64,000 nucleotides of DNA from Uloborus diversus (Eukaryota), in contig NC_072740.1 of the NCBI RefSeq assembly GCF_026930045.1, forward strand, positions 29,364,384 through 29,428,383, given 5' to 3'. The position numbers and the translations under genes were made by a program. The notes beneath the pieces were generated by a model. The model saw only the letters and a list, made by a program, of their open reading frames with translations. It made no database searches and was not told the DNA's origin. This document shows positions 1 to 11,805 of the stretch, one piece after another. Within the stretch, counting starts at the first letter, position 1. The number at the start of each line of letters is the position of its first letter.

Positions 1-185
1 TATTTATCTATCTATCTATATACAAACATACATACATATCTACCTATCTATTTTCTCTCTTTGTATATATATTTCTATTTCACTATCTCTCTATCTACCT
101 GTCTATCTATCAAGAGAGATCAAGATATAGAAAGATAGATGTAGGTAGGTAGGTTAATATACAGATAGAGATATAGATAGATAAA
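1..185. repeat. Imperfect (TATC)n/(GATA)n microsatellite block
   Basis: Visible runs tatctatctatc, ctatctacc and agatagatag on both strands; low complexity. Confidence 0.8.
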
Positions 186-759
186 AGATAAAACTCAGTA
201 AAAAGTGCATTGTTTGCAAAGACAAAAATAAAGAAATTATAAAATATATAATGAAAATACATAAATAAACAAGCACATAAAACTATCTGCATTACAAAAA
301 AGTACGAAAATGAAAATATCTCAAAGAAACTTCAAAATTCTTTTTAAATCAAAAGAAATTTTGCCATTGTTCATTCATTGGGTTTTCGCAATTTTTCGTA
401 CCCAGTGACTGAACACCCCTCTACCTGAAAGTCTACGCATTCTGCATTGACTGAAACAATTTAAATCCATAGCCTAAATATGTATCATTAATTTTTCTTT
501 CGTAGAGTTAAAAAATAAAATTTATTGATAAAAATAATATGTATCGAAATAATTGCTAGCACGAAACCAGTTTTGAAAGAGAGAAAGAACGATTCAGGGA
601 AGTACAAATTTCAAATTTTTTCCAGGAAAAAATATGTATCCAAAGTAACCAATCAGGTGTCAGATAGCTTAGAATATCAATAAAGAACGCTTTTGTAGTG
701 AATTTATTCAGAAAAAAAATTTTGGAAGCTTATTTTTAAAAAAAAAATGACGTGCTGTT

Positions 760-1500
760 CATTCACTGCGTGGTGTTCACTCACTGGTCGGTCTACCCTA
801 CCCACTATTTTAAATTACATTTTGTCTATCAAACACAGTAGCATCCCTATGGAAAAGGGAGGAGTGTGCTGGAGGGACGGGCATCACCCTTCTTGTGTGA
901 GACACCAAAATGGATTTCAGAGTTCATGAAAAAATAAACACTTCAACTCTGAAAATTATCTTCAATATTTCAAATTTTCTTTTTTCCATGAAACGCAGTA
1001 CTATCTCTACAAAAGGGGGGAGGGGTGCTTGCACAGTGTTACGACTTGCTAGGAGTGTATCAAGACAAATGGACTAAGGTGTTAAAAAATACTTGAAGCC
1101 TGAAATTTTCCCCCAATATTCAAAATTATATTTACTCCATTAGGCACAGTAGTATCACTACCAGGGGGGCTCTTGCACCAGTTGACCTCCTTCTGGGATG
1201 TGGCATCCAAGATGAATTCAGGAGTTTATGAAAAATATAATTCAATTCTGAAAATTTTCTCAAATAATTTAAATTATATTTGATCTATAAAACCCATTAG
1301 CATCATTAAAGGTAGGGTGGGGTGGAAGAGAGTTTGCAAGAGAAAACACCCTTCTGAGTGCATTTAAGAGTTTATTAAAAATATAATTTATTTCATTCTC
1401 TAACTTTTTTCCCAATATATTAAAATATATTTGATCCATCAAATATTTTAATTTCTCTAAGGAGTTTTATCCCCCTCCCTTCCCAAGGAAAATCGCACAT
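760..1500. repeat. Diverged tandem array, about 5 units of ~150 bp
   Basis: Recurring unit ttcag(a/g)agtt(c/t)atgaaaaa...ctgaaaatt(a/t)tc..aata.ttcaaattatatttgatc.ataaaac..agtagcatc...gg.agggggg starting near 770, 916, 1061, 1211 and 1356. Confidence 0.55.
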
Positions 1501-4500
1501 CCTCTCAAATATTTCATAGCCCCTCAAAATGAGATTAAATCCCTTCTCAAATAACTCCGTCCTCATTAAATATCAATCAGTGCCATGGATCCCATTTGGG
1601 GCACCCCTGTTTTATTTGTAATACAGTAAGTACACACCATGGTTTATATTTACTTCATTCCATCCTTATGTTCTAATTATTTAATACTTCATCACTGCTA
1701 TGGTCAAATAAGGCAGTGAGAAACAAAGGGATGTAAGTGGACTTTTTAAAGCTTCGAGTAAAATAAGTTTAAAACTTAGATCCTAGGTAGGCTTTCATTG
1801 AAATTTTGTTCAAAATCAAACTGTTTAGCAGCGCCTATTGGGGCTACTGGAACTATCTCTTGCCCCAGAAGAGATGTTTTCTTACTGTTTGTACATATAT
1901 CTTCAAATTTTTAATTTTGGCACTAACATCCCTTTGCTGTTATCTCAAATGTTCTTATTTGACTGAAAATATTGTATGGGATTATAACTTGTATGGGATG
2001 TGATGGGGATGATGTCTTAATATATTTGCTAATTAAAGGCATAAAAAATGAAACTAGGCCAAATGGGTTCCAAAAGAAAATTTGAATGGTTTAGTACCTA
2101 ATTCGACTCTTAACTCTTTGCTGTTCTTAAAATTTACCTTTGGTAATTAAAATCCTACGAAGATGAGACTGGGCTATCCAGGATCAGCATAAACTTTTAA
2201 ATTCATTAATACCTGATTCAATTTTTAACTCACTGCTACTTTTCAAGGAGTTTGAGTAACAGACATATGGTTGAGTTTTGTTTGATGTACAGTTAACTCC
2301 CCATTATCTGCAGAATAAGGTGGCACAGTAACCTCGATAAAAGAAATTTGTGGATAATCCACAAAATAGGTTAAAAAAAGTATACTAGTGTATGCATTAC
2401 CTTTAAAAAATCAATAGCACTCACATACATCAAAACTGGAGCTATAATTGATAACAGTATGTCAACAGCTAAGCAAGGATTGCTTAGCATTACAAACTGA
2501 TTACACACATACACGAGGGAAGCATACAAACAGATAACCTGAAACAGATCAAGCTAGGTATTACCAAAAATGTATAGGGGAAGAGTGGGAGTTTTTATGA
2601 ACAAAACTGGTCTAGTCTCTCGTTTAGGCACGTAAGTCGTGTAGAGTTAAAAATTGGGTTTTGCTTGCAGTGTAGATCTGAAAATCAGTAAGTAGTGAAG
2701 ATCTAAAGCAGTAAATAGTTTAGATCTACAAACCAAGTTTGAACTATACTCGACTGCAAGCTTACTTGGCAATGGAGAACAGGGTGGCGACAGGAACTGT
2801 GAAAAAAAGTTCCCTGACTTTTCCCTGATTTACGTTACCAATGATAATGATTTCCTTTCTTTGCTCTACTCGAATTCCATTGTATGTTTGTATAAAATGC
2901 AGTTTTTTAAAAGTTTTAAGTTGTGTGAAGTTGTTGAACTAAAGATATATTTTTTAAAAAATGCTACTTTTTTAACAAAATGGTTAAAAAAAAACATATC
3001 AAGTCAATTTTTTTTGGAAAAAAAACCCTACAAAACAGTATATTAAATTTTTCTGCATGGAAAGATTATAGAAAATTTTTAAAAAATACTTTACTTCCAG
3101 AAACCACTTAGCATAAGAAGTTTAAGAAACTATTAAAATCACTCTTAAAAACATATGCGTATTTATGGTTGAACTAAAAAGTAATTGAAATTATTTTTTA
3201 TTAAATTTTTAAACAGTATAATAATTGTTGCAAGAATAACAAGTAATAGTGAAAGAATAGAAGTAATGTAGTTATTCTTATATAACTAATTGACATATTT
3301 ATGCAAAACAGATGAAACCTTTTGACATCCATTCATAGGGAGCTTTTCTCTAATCAAGAACATTGGTTTTAATGAATGAATACAGCATTTTAACAATAAA
3401 AAATAAAGGTATTTACTTAAGTACAAAGTTAACTCTATTTCAAATGATTTCAGTATGTAACAAAAAAAAATCTTAGATTGCTTTTGTAACAAACAACTTT
3501 GAAATGAAAAAAAAAAGCAATTAGTTAATTTCAAAATATATAAAAGAAGAATACAACTTGGTTATAAAATAAAAGAATCATTTAAGTCTGAAGAAAAGAA
3601 AACCTCTATAATCTGCGGCTACAGCAAGTTGTATAACGGCAAAAAACAAAGTTTTTATTGAAAGTTCAATTTTAGCAATTAAATTAAAAACGCGAAGAAG
3701 TAATAACTTTTAAACTTTTATCGGTATGAATTCAAAAACCAAAGATTCCTTCTTGAAATCATGATTACAGTACGCTTATCACTTCAAGACAAAGTTTTAA
3801 CCTCTTTACTGTGAGAACTTCTTCGCCAAAAAAGGTCCTTTTATGCGTAAACATTTTGAAGAGAAATGTTCACTTCCCAGCAATGCATTTGGTTCCGGGA
3901 CCTCCTGGGTTGCTACTCCTTTCGTTTTACAAAGGAGCTTCTGCTTGATCAATCTAGCCATTATGGGGATCCAGCCCACGATGGTTTCTAAAGAGTGGGA
4001 GGGAACGTTGTCCCTGAGGTGCAAGGGGTAGGTTGACGATGACAGCTGGAATGTATTCATTTTGGCTTTCTCTTTTCTTAGGTTTGTTCTGGAAACCATT
4101 TTGAAATTCTCCTAGCTTCAAAAGGACCTCTAAGCATTTTACTACGAAATTCCGAAATATTTACTTATATTCAGACAGACGTTATATATTCTGTAAATGC
4201 TAATCAAACTAGTTTAGTTATTGAAATTTGCTGTTTAACTTTTAAAACTGCGCAATTAAATCAATTTAATTTAAAAATTGAAAAAATAAGATTTAAAAAA
4301 AAAAAAAAATGATGGAAGTTGAAATAACTTTCCCTTACCACAAACTTTAACATGAAGTTCTTTATATTCTATGGATAATTAGATTGCTTATTAAAACTGC
4401 GAAGCTTAGTATTTGCTACATGATTATACTATGATAAGCAATGTTATTTTTTTACAAACTAACGGTTTGCAGTTTTGCTGCATAAATTTTATAGTAGCTA

Positions 4501-7435
4501 AAAGCTGGGGCATTAACTTTCATCACGTATGACTTGAGTCACACCCATTTACTTGGGTGTGCTACTGTTTCCTTGGTTCCAACCAACTTAAAACCAATGT
4601 TTTCTAGCAATGAAATTCAGACTGAAACATTTATAATTTATCCTGTTCTATATTAATAATTTCAAGCCGGTAAAAAATTCAATAGCGATTGTATTTTTTT
4701 TAAGCGATAAACTTGAATGCTTCGTATATGTTATATTGTCATTCGGAACCGACGTCTACAAACTTACAATTGAAGAAGAGTTTGCTTACAAAATGTAACT
4801 GTAGATGGGGCAAACCTAACCTCGCAGCATTTTGAAGGCTGAGCAGATCCTAATGATAACATCACGACGCTGTCAAGTTAGGTTTACCTCAACTGTAGCT
4901 GAAATCAAAATCAAATGCAAGATCCGACTAAAATATGGGGAGAGGGGCGTAGATAGACTTTGATGCTCTCCCCCCCCCCCCGTAAAATTTAAATTTCAAC
5001 ATAGTGCTTATTTTTCTGAACGTACGCCCTCATACTTTTTGCGCCCCCCCCCCCCCGCACCGCAGGGTTGTCATGTGCGCCACTGGATTTAGCCATTGGC
5101 TAAATCAAAATCTTAGTCACTTGGGAGCATTTCAAAAGCAGGGGCCGTTGGCTACGGCCCAGTTCCCAGATGGTAATTCTGATTACGCCAGTGACTGCTA
5201 TAATACCTAAGCACTAAATTGATTTTTCTTTCAGCCTTTCTTGACCTGCGGGCCGGCAACATCTTTTTAAAAGATCCCGGACCGGTCAGTTTTTTTTCTT
5301 GCCTTATTTATTATTATTTTTTTATATGAAAAAAAAAAGAAAATGACTCGCACAACTTGAAAAATCTGCTAAAAATCTAATCTGACCGGAGAATCCCCCC
5401 CCCCTTTTTTTTCTCCTTTTCTTTTTATTTTTTGTTTTTTTTTCTTTTTTTTTCTCAAAAAAAAAGGGAAATTTTTGACTTGCGGATTGTTGTGGAAAAA
5501 GTTAGTGGGCAGTCGAGTTTTTTTTTTTTACTACATATTAGAGATTTGTTGCAAAACATTTTATAGCAAAGGTTGTAGATAGCTAATTGTTGTAACAACT
5601 ATCCATAAGTAAGCATTTGAGAAAAATCAGACAATTTTGAAAATTAATCACCAAATTCATGCAAAAACCATTACATAGGATATTATTAGATTTTCACATT
5701 TATTTCTTTATTTGTTTTTGAATAAAGAATTTTTAATTTGTTTATTTCATAGCTGCGTCACCTGGGCTTCAATCGGTCTACCTCGAAAATAAAAGTTATG
5801 TCAAACGATCAGGCTAAATAATATTAAAAATCTTCAAAATTTCCTGACGAAGTGAGAAAAAGTTACCAAAATAGAAAATTTTTAAATCCCCCAATTATTG
5901 AAAAAGCCTCAAAACAAAAGGTAGAATTTTTTTGTTCATATTTGAGAAAAAAAAAACGGCAACAGATCTCTCTTCTTAATGATTTTCGTCACGCTACTAA
6001 TTTTTATAAAATCATTGTTCAACAATGACCGTAAGCAGCAACGAATTTCAAATTGAAGGCTTACCTACATTTTAAGATTGAAATTAGTTAAAAACAGTTG
6101 TAACTCGCGTTCTAATCACCTTGGGACATTGGAACAAATGATGCAGAAAAATCAGTGGTTTCCATGGATATTTTATTCTAATTTTTGTGAGTATTTTTTT
6201 GCCCTCACATTATAGAAAAACGCCATTTTTGGATCTAATTAGAATTCAAACGGGTTTTTTTTTTCGCGTTCGAAAACTCCCTTACGTTCTTTCTTGGGTG
6301 CTCGAGTACCTCCCTGCCAAGTTGTTCGAGATCCGACGTAAACTGTGGATTTATATAGGGCGCCATACACACACATATACGTATATATATATTGAATGCT
6401 TTATTTATATAGATTTTAAATCGAGGACGAGCAAAAAACCCTGAGGACCGGCAAATTTTTCCTCCTTACTGGTACCGGTCCACCCAACCACCAAGCAGGG
6501 GAGGGCCCACAAATAAAGATGGTGACTAGCGACTCAAGTATTGTTGTCGGGTCGTGGGAGTAATTATTCTTTCGGCGGAGATAGGGGGGGGGGGGTATTT
6601 GGCTAAATTGTCATCTGCGCAGTTTTCTTCATCAGAAGATTCTTGGTCATTAGAATAAATACTATAATCAGAGCTGTCGTTGCTCGAATAATCTGCGTCT
6701 GACATTATGAAGCATATAAGTATTCGCTAAGAGGAAAATGTTCTAAATGCATCGAATGTTCAACAAAGAATGAAGGCCTTCTCGTTGTAGATACAACAAT
6801 GTAGCTACTGTGAAGTGCGCATGCGCAGCCAGTATACACCTTATCAGTCAGACATTGCACCCATGAAAAGCAAGAGCAAAGAGTTAATCCCCTTTCAAAA
6901 GAAAACCTGAACTATTGTAGAAGAATCAACGTGGGAATTCGTGCTTGAATGATCATTAGAATCTAGTTTCTGTGATTAAAATTAGTACTCGAAAAAGATC
7001 TGGGTTGTGTTAGTATATGTTTAAACTAATGCACATATATTATACGTGTATATATAAGTAAGAGGGGAAAGCATACATTTTTGTATTTTTATCCTTTCTT
7101 CTTTCAAACTATTAAAATTTGTTCTTGTTTCTTAATTTTTAATCTTCATGGCTAAACGTCCCAAGTGACGGTGAAAATTTGATCATGATAAAAACTAAAT
7201 TGCTTGGATTCGGTTGCAACATTTGTTAAAAGGGAGGAGAATAAAAGGGGGAGGGGAATAACGAAAAGAGCGTATAAGAAGTATTCTTCTCCTAATATCG
7301 ATCCAATTTATGTGTATAATCAAAGCATCATTTAATTTTCTTGTTCATATTTATTGAAAAATATATCGTGAATTGTAGGAATATTGCTTCGTTTTGAATA
7401 CATCCAAGATTAGTAAAATAAATACCTTTGTGTCA

Positions 7436-7676
7436 AAAAGTAAAATAAGAAGTGACACAACGTCAAAAAAGCACAAATTACAGATTACTCCAGACACGAT
7501 CTTCGGCGTTACAAGGAAATGCCTTTTTCATTGCAAAAAAAATGAGCTTTCGGATGTCTTTTCCCTCCATAAGCTCATTTCTTTTGCGTTGAAAAAGGCG
7601 TTCCTTGTAACGCCGAAACACGTGTCTGCAGTAGTCTGCAATCGTGCTTTTTGACGTTGTTATTTTTTATTTTACA
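7436..7676. mobile_element. Foldback/MITE-like element, ~240 bp
   Basis: Left arm gtaaaataagaagtgacacaacgtcaaaaaagcacaa...cggcgttacaaggaa pairs with right arm ttccttgtaacgccg...ttgtgctttttgacgttgttattttttattttac (~80-bp imperfect arms). A second inner palindrome aaatgagctt...aagctcattt sits in the centre. Confidence 0.5.
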
Positions 7677-10600
7677 TTTTAGATTGTTTACTATATGCAG
7701 TAGAACCTTGCATGTCCGAATCTTCGGATACTCCGAACAGATTTTTTTTTTTTTAATTTTATGGAAAGTATTACCGGAAGAGAACTAAATGTGTTAAAGG
7801 AAAAAAAAAAGAAAAAGAATTTTTCAGCACATATTGATTTGAAACACATTGAAAAAAAAAAGAAAAAAAAACGCAATACAGGATTACCTCATTTACCTTT
7901 AACTGAAAATATTAAAATAAACTTTACTTGAAATTTACTTTACATTAAAGATGTTTTGTGGTGAAGAGACAGGTCAAGTTTTTACTGGTGAAGTGATGAT
8001 ACTTTTGACGAGGAAGAAATACTATTCCTTAGGTCTCATAAACATAATGTCTGTTCGTGAAACCTAGAGTCTTTTACTATGTTTCACTGATTTTAAATAT
8101 TTTTTTCCTATAGCAGAACTATATTTTACTTTTTCAGCTTCAGAATGAAAAGTAAGAATATTCTCTGATCAATTTCTTCTAAAACCAGTCATCTTGTGTT
8201 GAATGTATACTAGAAATAAAAATGGGATTGAATATTTATTTCGTTGAAATGGAAATTTCTTTGCATAGGTATTCGCTGCAATGAGATTTTACTGTATTAT
8301 TTAATGATTTTTTTTATCATTGATTAAATTTATTATTATTTTATTTATTTATTTATTTTTTGACATTTTTTTGACTTAAGATTTTCTATTCAAATTCACC
8401 AGCTGTTAGTGAATCTTGCTATTATAAAACTTCACATTCCACAATTGTGTTTGTGGCAAAGAAAGTAGGGGTAATGGAATGCACTGATACGACAGAGAAC
8501 CTGTTTCCGTATTCATCTATCTCTCTTGGGAGTGTCTGAAGTCTTTTATTCGCATCGGATTCTAAGCCTTTCTGAATAGATATCTTTTTGGGGTGCAAAC
8601 AGCTCACACACACGTGTTGTATTTTCTACCTTGTCACTCTATAATAGTAAAAGTGACCCGATGTGATAACTGCTCCTTTTTAAATCTTATTTTTAAAAAA
8701 AAAAAGAAAAACAGGAAGAACATATTGATTAGAAGGAAAACGACTAGCCTCAACTTGGGGTTTGGGACCACAAAAAGCAACAGCATAAGTAAAGGTGGTT
8801 TTGAACGACTTTACGTAACAATTTGCATTATTTTTACCATAGAAATTCAAATATTTCGGGGGGCAGCATCCCTTCCCCTTCGTTCTCTTAAACTACATCA
8901 TTGCAGATTGATACATTTAATTGATTCACATTATGCCACGATTTTTTTGCACTACGTTTAGTTTACACAAACTAAAACGCCGCACAAGTTTAGATTCAGC
9001 TGACTCTGTAATAAAATAAAAACGTCCAACTAGATTCTCTCTCTGTTTACATATATTTATAATCGACTAGTATGGGGGACAACTGCCCTCTTTTCTTTCA
9101 AAAGAAAAGGTTCCTATTATTTTATAAAAATTAAAAAATGTAGCATCGAATTGAAAGAAGTACCATATGACCATTAGTCCCAATATTTGAGGTCGTGTCC
9201 CGGACATTTTGAGAAAAGGTCTGTTAATCAATAATTACGTTAAAATTAAATTTTAGAAAAAGTCACCTGTACACTGTACAGGCACCGTCTACCTACCCCC
9301 CTCCCCTCAGGTATCTCCAACTTTTTTGTGCACCAGCTGCTTATGTTCTCTCTAATTATATCTTTATCTCTTGCACTCTTGCAAGGAAAGTGACACAACT
9401 CAAAATTTGAGAAAAACGTACTAGATATTTATTTTAAATCTAAATTTAATGCTCTTTTTTTGCCAACAAAACTCGCACAATACTTCTGGCATATATCGAA
9501 TTTCTCGGGTAGAGAAAGAATTTCCGACCCCGCAATGTGATATAATTTCAAGTCGTCAGGATGCATCCCACCCCTCCTAGGAGCTCTGAAACATTTAACT
9601 GAGACACCCTGCATATATAATAATGCATCATGTTTCTCTGCAGTTTTTTCAGTTCGAGCTTTACCAGGTGTATGAGAAGCGTTTCGCAATTTCATCTTAA
9701 AATAATTAATATTTTCCTTTGAAAACATTTGCATAAAAAGTGCAATATGTAATATTTTTCTATTTTTAAATAAAAACTTGAAGCACTAATTGATTAATAA
9801 GTTTAACATCATTTAAAACAGCACTAATTTGCAAAAAAAAAAGAAGGTGCAGATAGAAGGGTATTGCAGTGAAGAGGAGGATTGCAATGAGAAACTTGTA
9901 ATATAAGAAGATGTAAGCTTTGAATGTTATAAGGTAATCAGAATATCCAATAAAGTCCATATCTAAGTTAAAAAAATTTTTCTATGAAAAAGGTCTTCCT
10001 TGCCCCCCCCCCCTCCTTTCCCGAAACATGTAACTGGAGTTTTTTGGTAAACTTGTGCTGTTTCCAAAGTTGTTGATTTTTTCCCCATTTACTTTTTAGT
10101 TCAGATATTTATTTATTTCATACTAGGAAATTTATTCAGATCTTGACGGAAAGGCATTCTGTAGAGAAAAGAAAAGCGCAAAACAGATATCGGTATAACA
10201 AGTTAGAACTTTATCTTGAGAGGGGTTTGTCGTAACAGTTCGAAAATAAATATATTTCAGAAGACTTGAATTGCAAATATCAGTCCAAGTTCAGGATTAA
10301 TTTTAAGTGATAAGTATTGTAGATTACCTCGAATGTTTAGGGGAGTACTCTGAACACATTGAATTTGCTCTAAAAACCTTTCATACTTCCTCTTCAAGAG
10401 TTGATAAAGCATAAGAGTTTCGTGATGGTATTACATACTTCATAAAAAATAATTTAATTAATGGAAAAGTATGCATTTTATACCAATAAGCTTGTATCTT
10501 TTTGCTTTGAAAAACGGGCTTGTAACTCCAAAACAGATGACAGCATTTTTTTTTGGGGGGGGGGGGACTTTGCATTTTTTTAAAACCAAAATGGTGCTTT

Positions 10601-11307
10601 TATTTCATTATTTTAAACCACTTGTAAGCATGATCTTTTTTGCAAATATTAAAAATTTAATTTTACAGAACTGTGTTGTGTGACAAGAAAATATTCCTCT
10701 CAATTCCGGATTTAACGCAAAAAATCGAAAAGAATTAATAATAAAAAAAAAAGAGATACATGAAATAACCCACATTATTAGATTAAGTTCATATTCCATT
10801 GGACAATAGTGTCACTTAGAGTTCCTAGGGACGCTAGTACCATGAACTTTCATTTGATAAGAGAGATTAAATTTATGATATTTTTGAAAAAGTATAATTG
10901 ACAGGTTATTTATATTTGAACAGATTAATAAAGATTTTATGCTGGGACTCTAGTTATACTTCTATATTTATTTCAGACTAAGATTTCTAATTCAGATCTT
11001 TTTGTATTTGATAATTAATTATAATGAAAACTTCATTTTCAGCATTTTGCGAGAATATTCATTTTTAGTACCTAATTTCAATCTAAAAATACACAACTTC
11101 TGAGTACACATCCATTTCAAGCAGCGCTAGGATGAACTTACTCATAGCTCTCGAACACGTGCGCCTGTCCAGTGAGCGGAAACAAATTAGATCGACAACT
11201 GACTCTCCACCTACTCGCGGTTGCTCCTTTTTTCGGAATTTATCTTAAGACACCCGCGGTTAGTTGCTTCGAGTACTGCAGGAAAGTCCACTGCCCCTAC
11301 TCAAGGC

Positions 11308-11493
11308 GCTCGGGCTACACAGTTAAAGGTACATAAACCTCACCCCGAGCTCAGCTCGGGCTACGCAGTTAAGAGGTTAAAGGCAAAGGAGCTAAGGCAT
11401 TAATGAAGGCTTCATCTTTGCCTGTATGGTTGTTTATTTTACGTCGCATTGAAAGCGTGAAAGGAAATTTCAAGCTTGGTAAAATAAACAACC
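11308..11493 (+). other. Locally GC-rich block with three consecutive stem-loops (possible structured ncRNA or SINE/MITE core)
   Basis: Stem 1: gctcggg...cccgagc at 11308-11350. Stem 2: ggcaaag...ctttgcc at 11382-11422. Stem 3: a perfect 15-bp stem ggttgtttattttac / gtaaaataaacaacc at 11428-11493 with a ~36-nt loop. The motif gctcgggctac(a/g)cagttaa is duplicated. Confidence 0.3.
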
Positions 11494-11747
11494 TAACAGA
11501 CACAGAAGCAATCTTAGGAAGTTCATCCTGTGGTTAATAAGTAAGATTCAATACCTTGACGTTGAGGAAAAAAGATGCACAAATATGCGGCAGTGTATAA
11601 TCGCACCTCATTAATTATATACTTTTTTTTGAACAGATAATTGGCAGGAAATGCGTAGTGAATTAGGATACTTAATTTTGTAAAGCAAAAAAAAAAAAAA
11701 TCTTCATAAAATCATTTTTCCCTGATTTTTTGTTATTTTTTCGAAAT

Positions 11748-11805
11748 TCCCTGATAGTTCCCTGACTTTTCCCTGATTAATAAAGTTCCCTGACTTTTCC
11801 CTGAT
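11748..11805 (+). repeat. Subterminal tandem 21-mer repeats (GTTCCCTGACTTTTCCCTGAT, 2 full copies plus partials) abutting the right TIR
   Basis: Direct reading; the same 21-mer occurs once at 2809-2829 next to the left TIR. Confidence 0.7.

Noticed and set aside
3806-4099. 97-aa minus ORF and overlapping 62-aa plus ORF as a gene
   Set aside because: No recognisable domain in any frame. It may be a degraded TE protein inside the candidate 9-kb element. Not called.
6421-6707. Minus-strand acidic ORF initially read as ~96 aa (piggyBac-like N-terminus?)
   Set aside because: Careful recounting of the C12 tract gives a 59-aa frame ending at a TAG, and there is no diagnostic transposase motif. It is kept only as a low-interest note.
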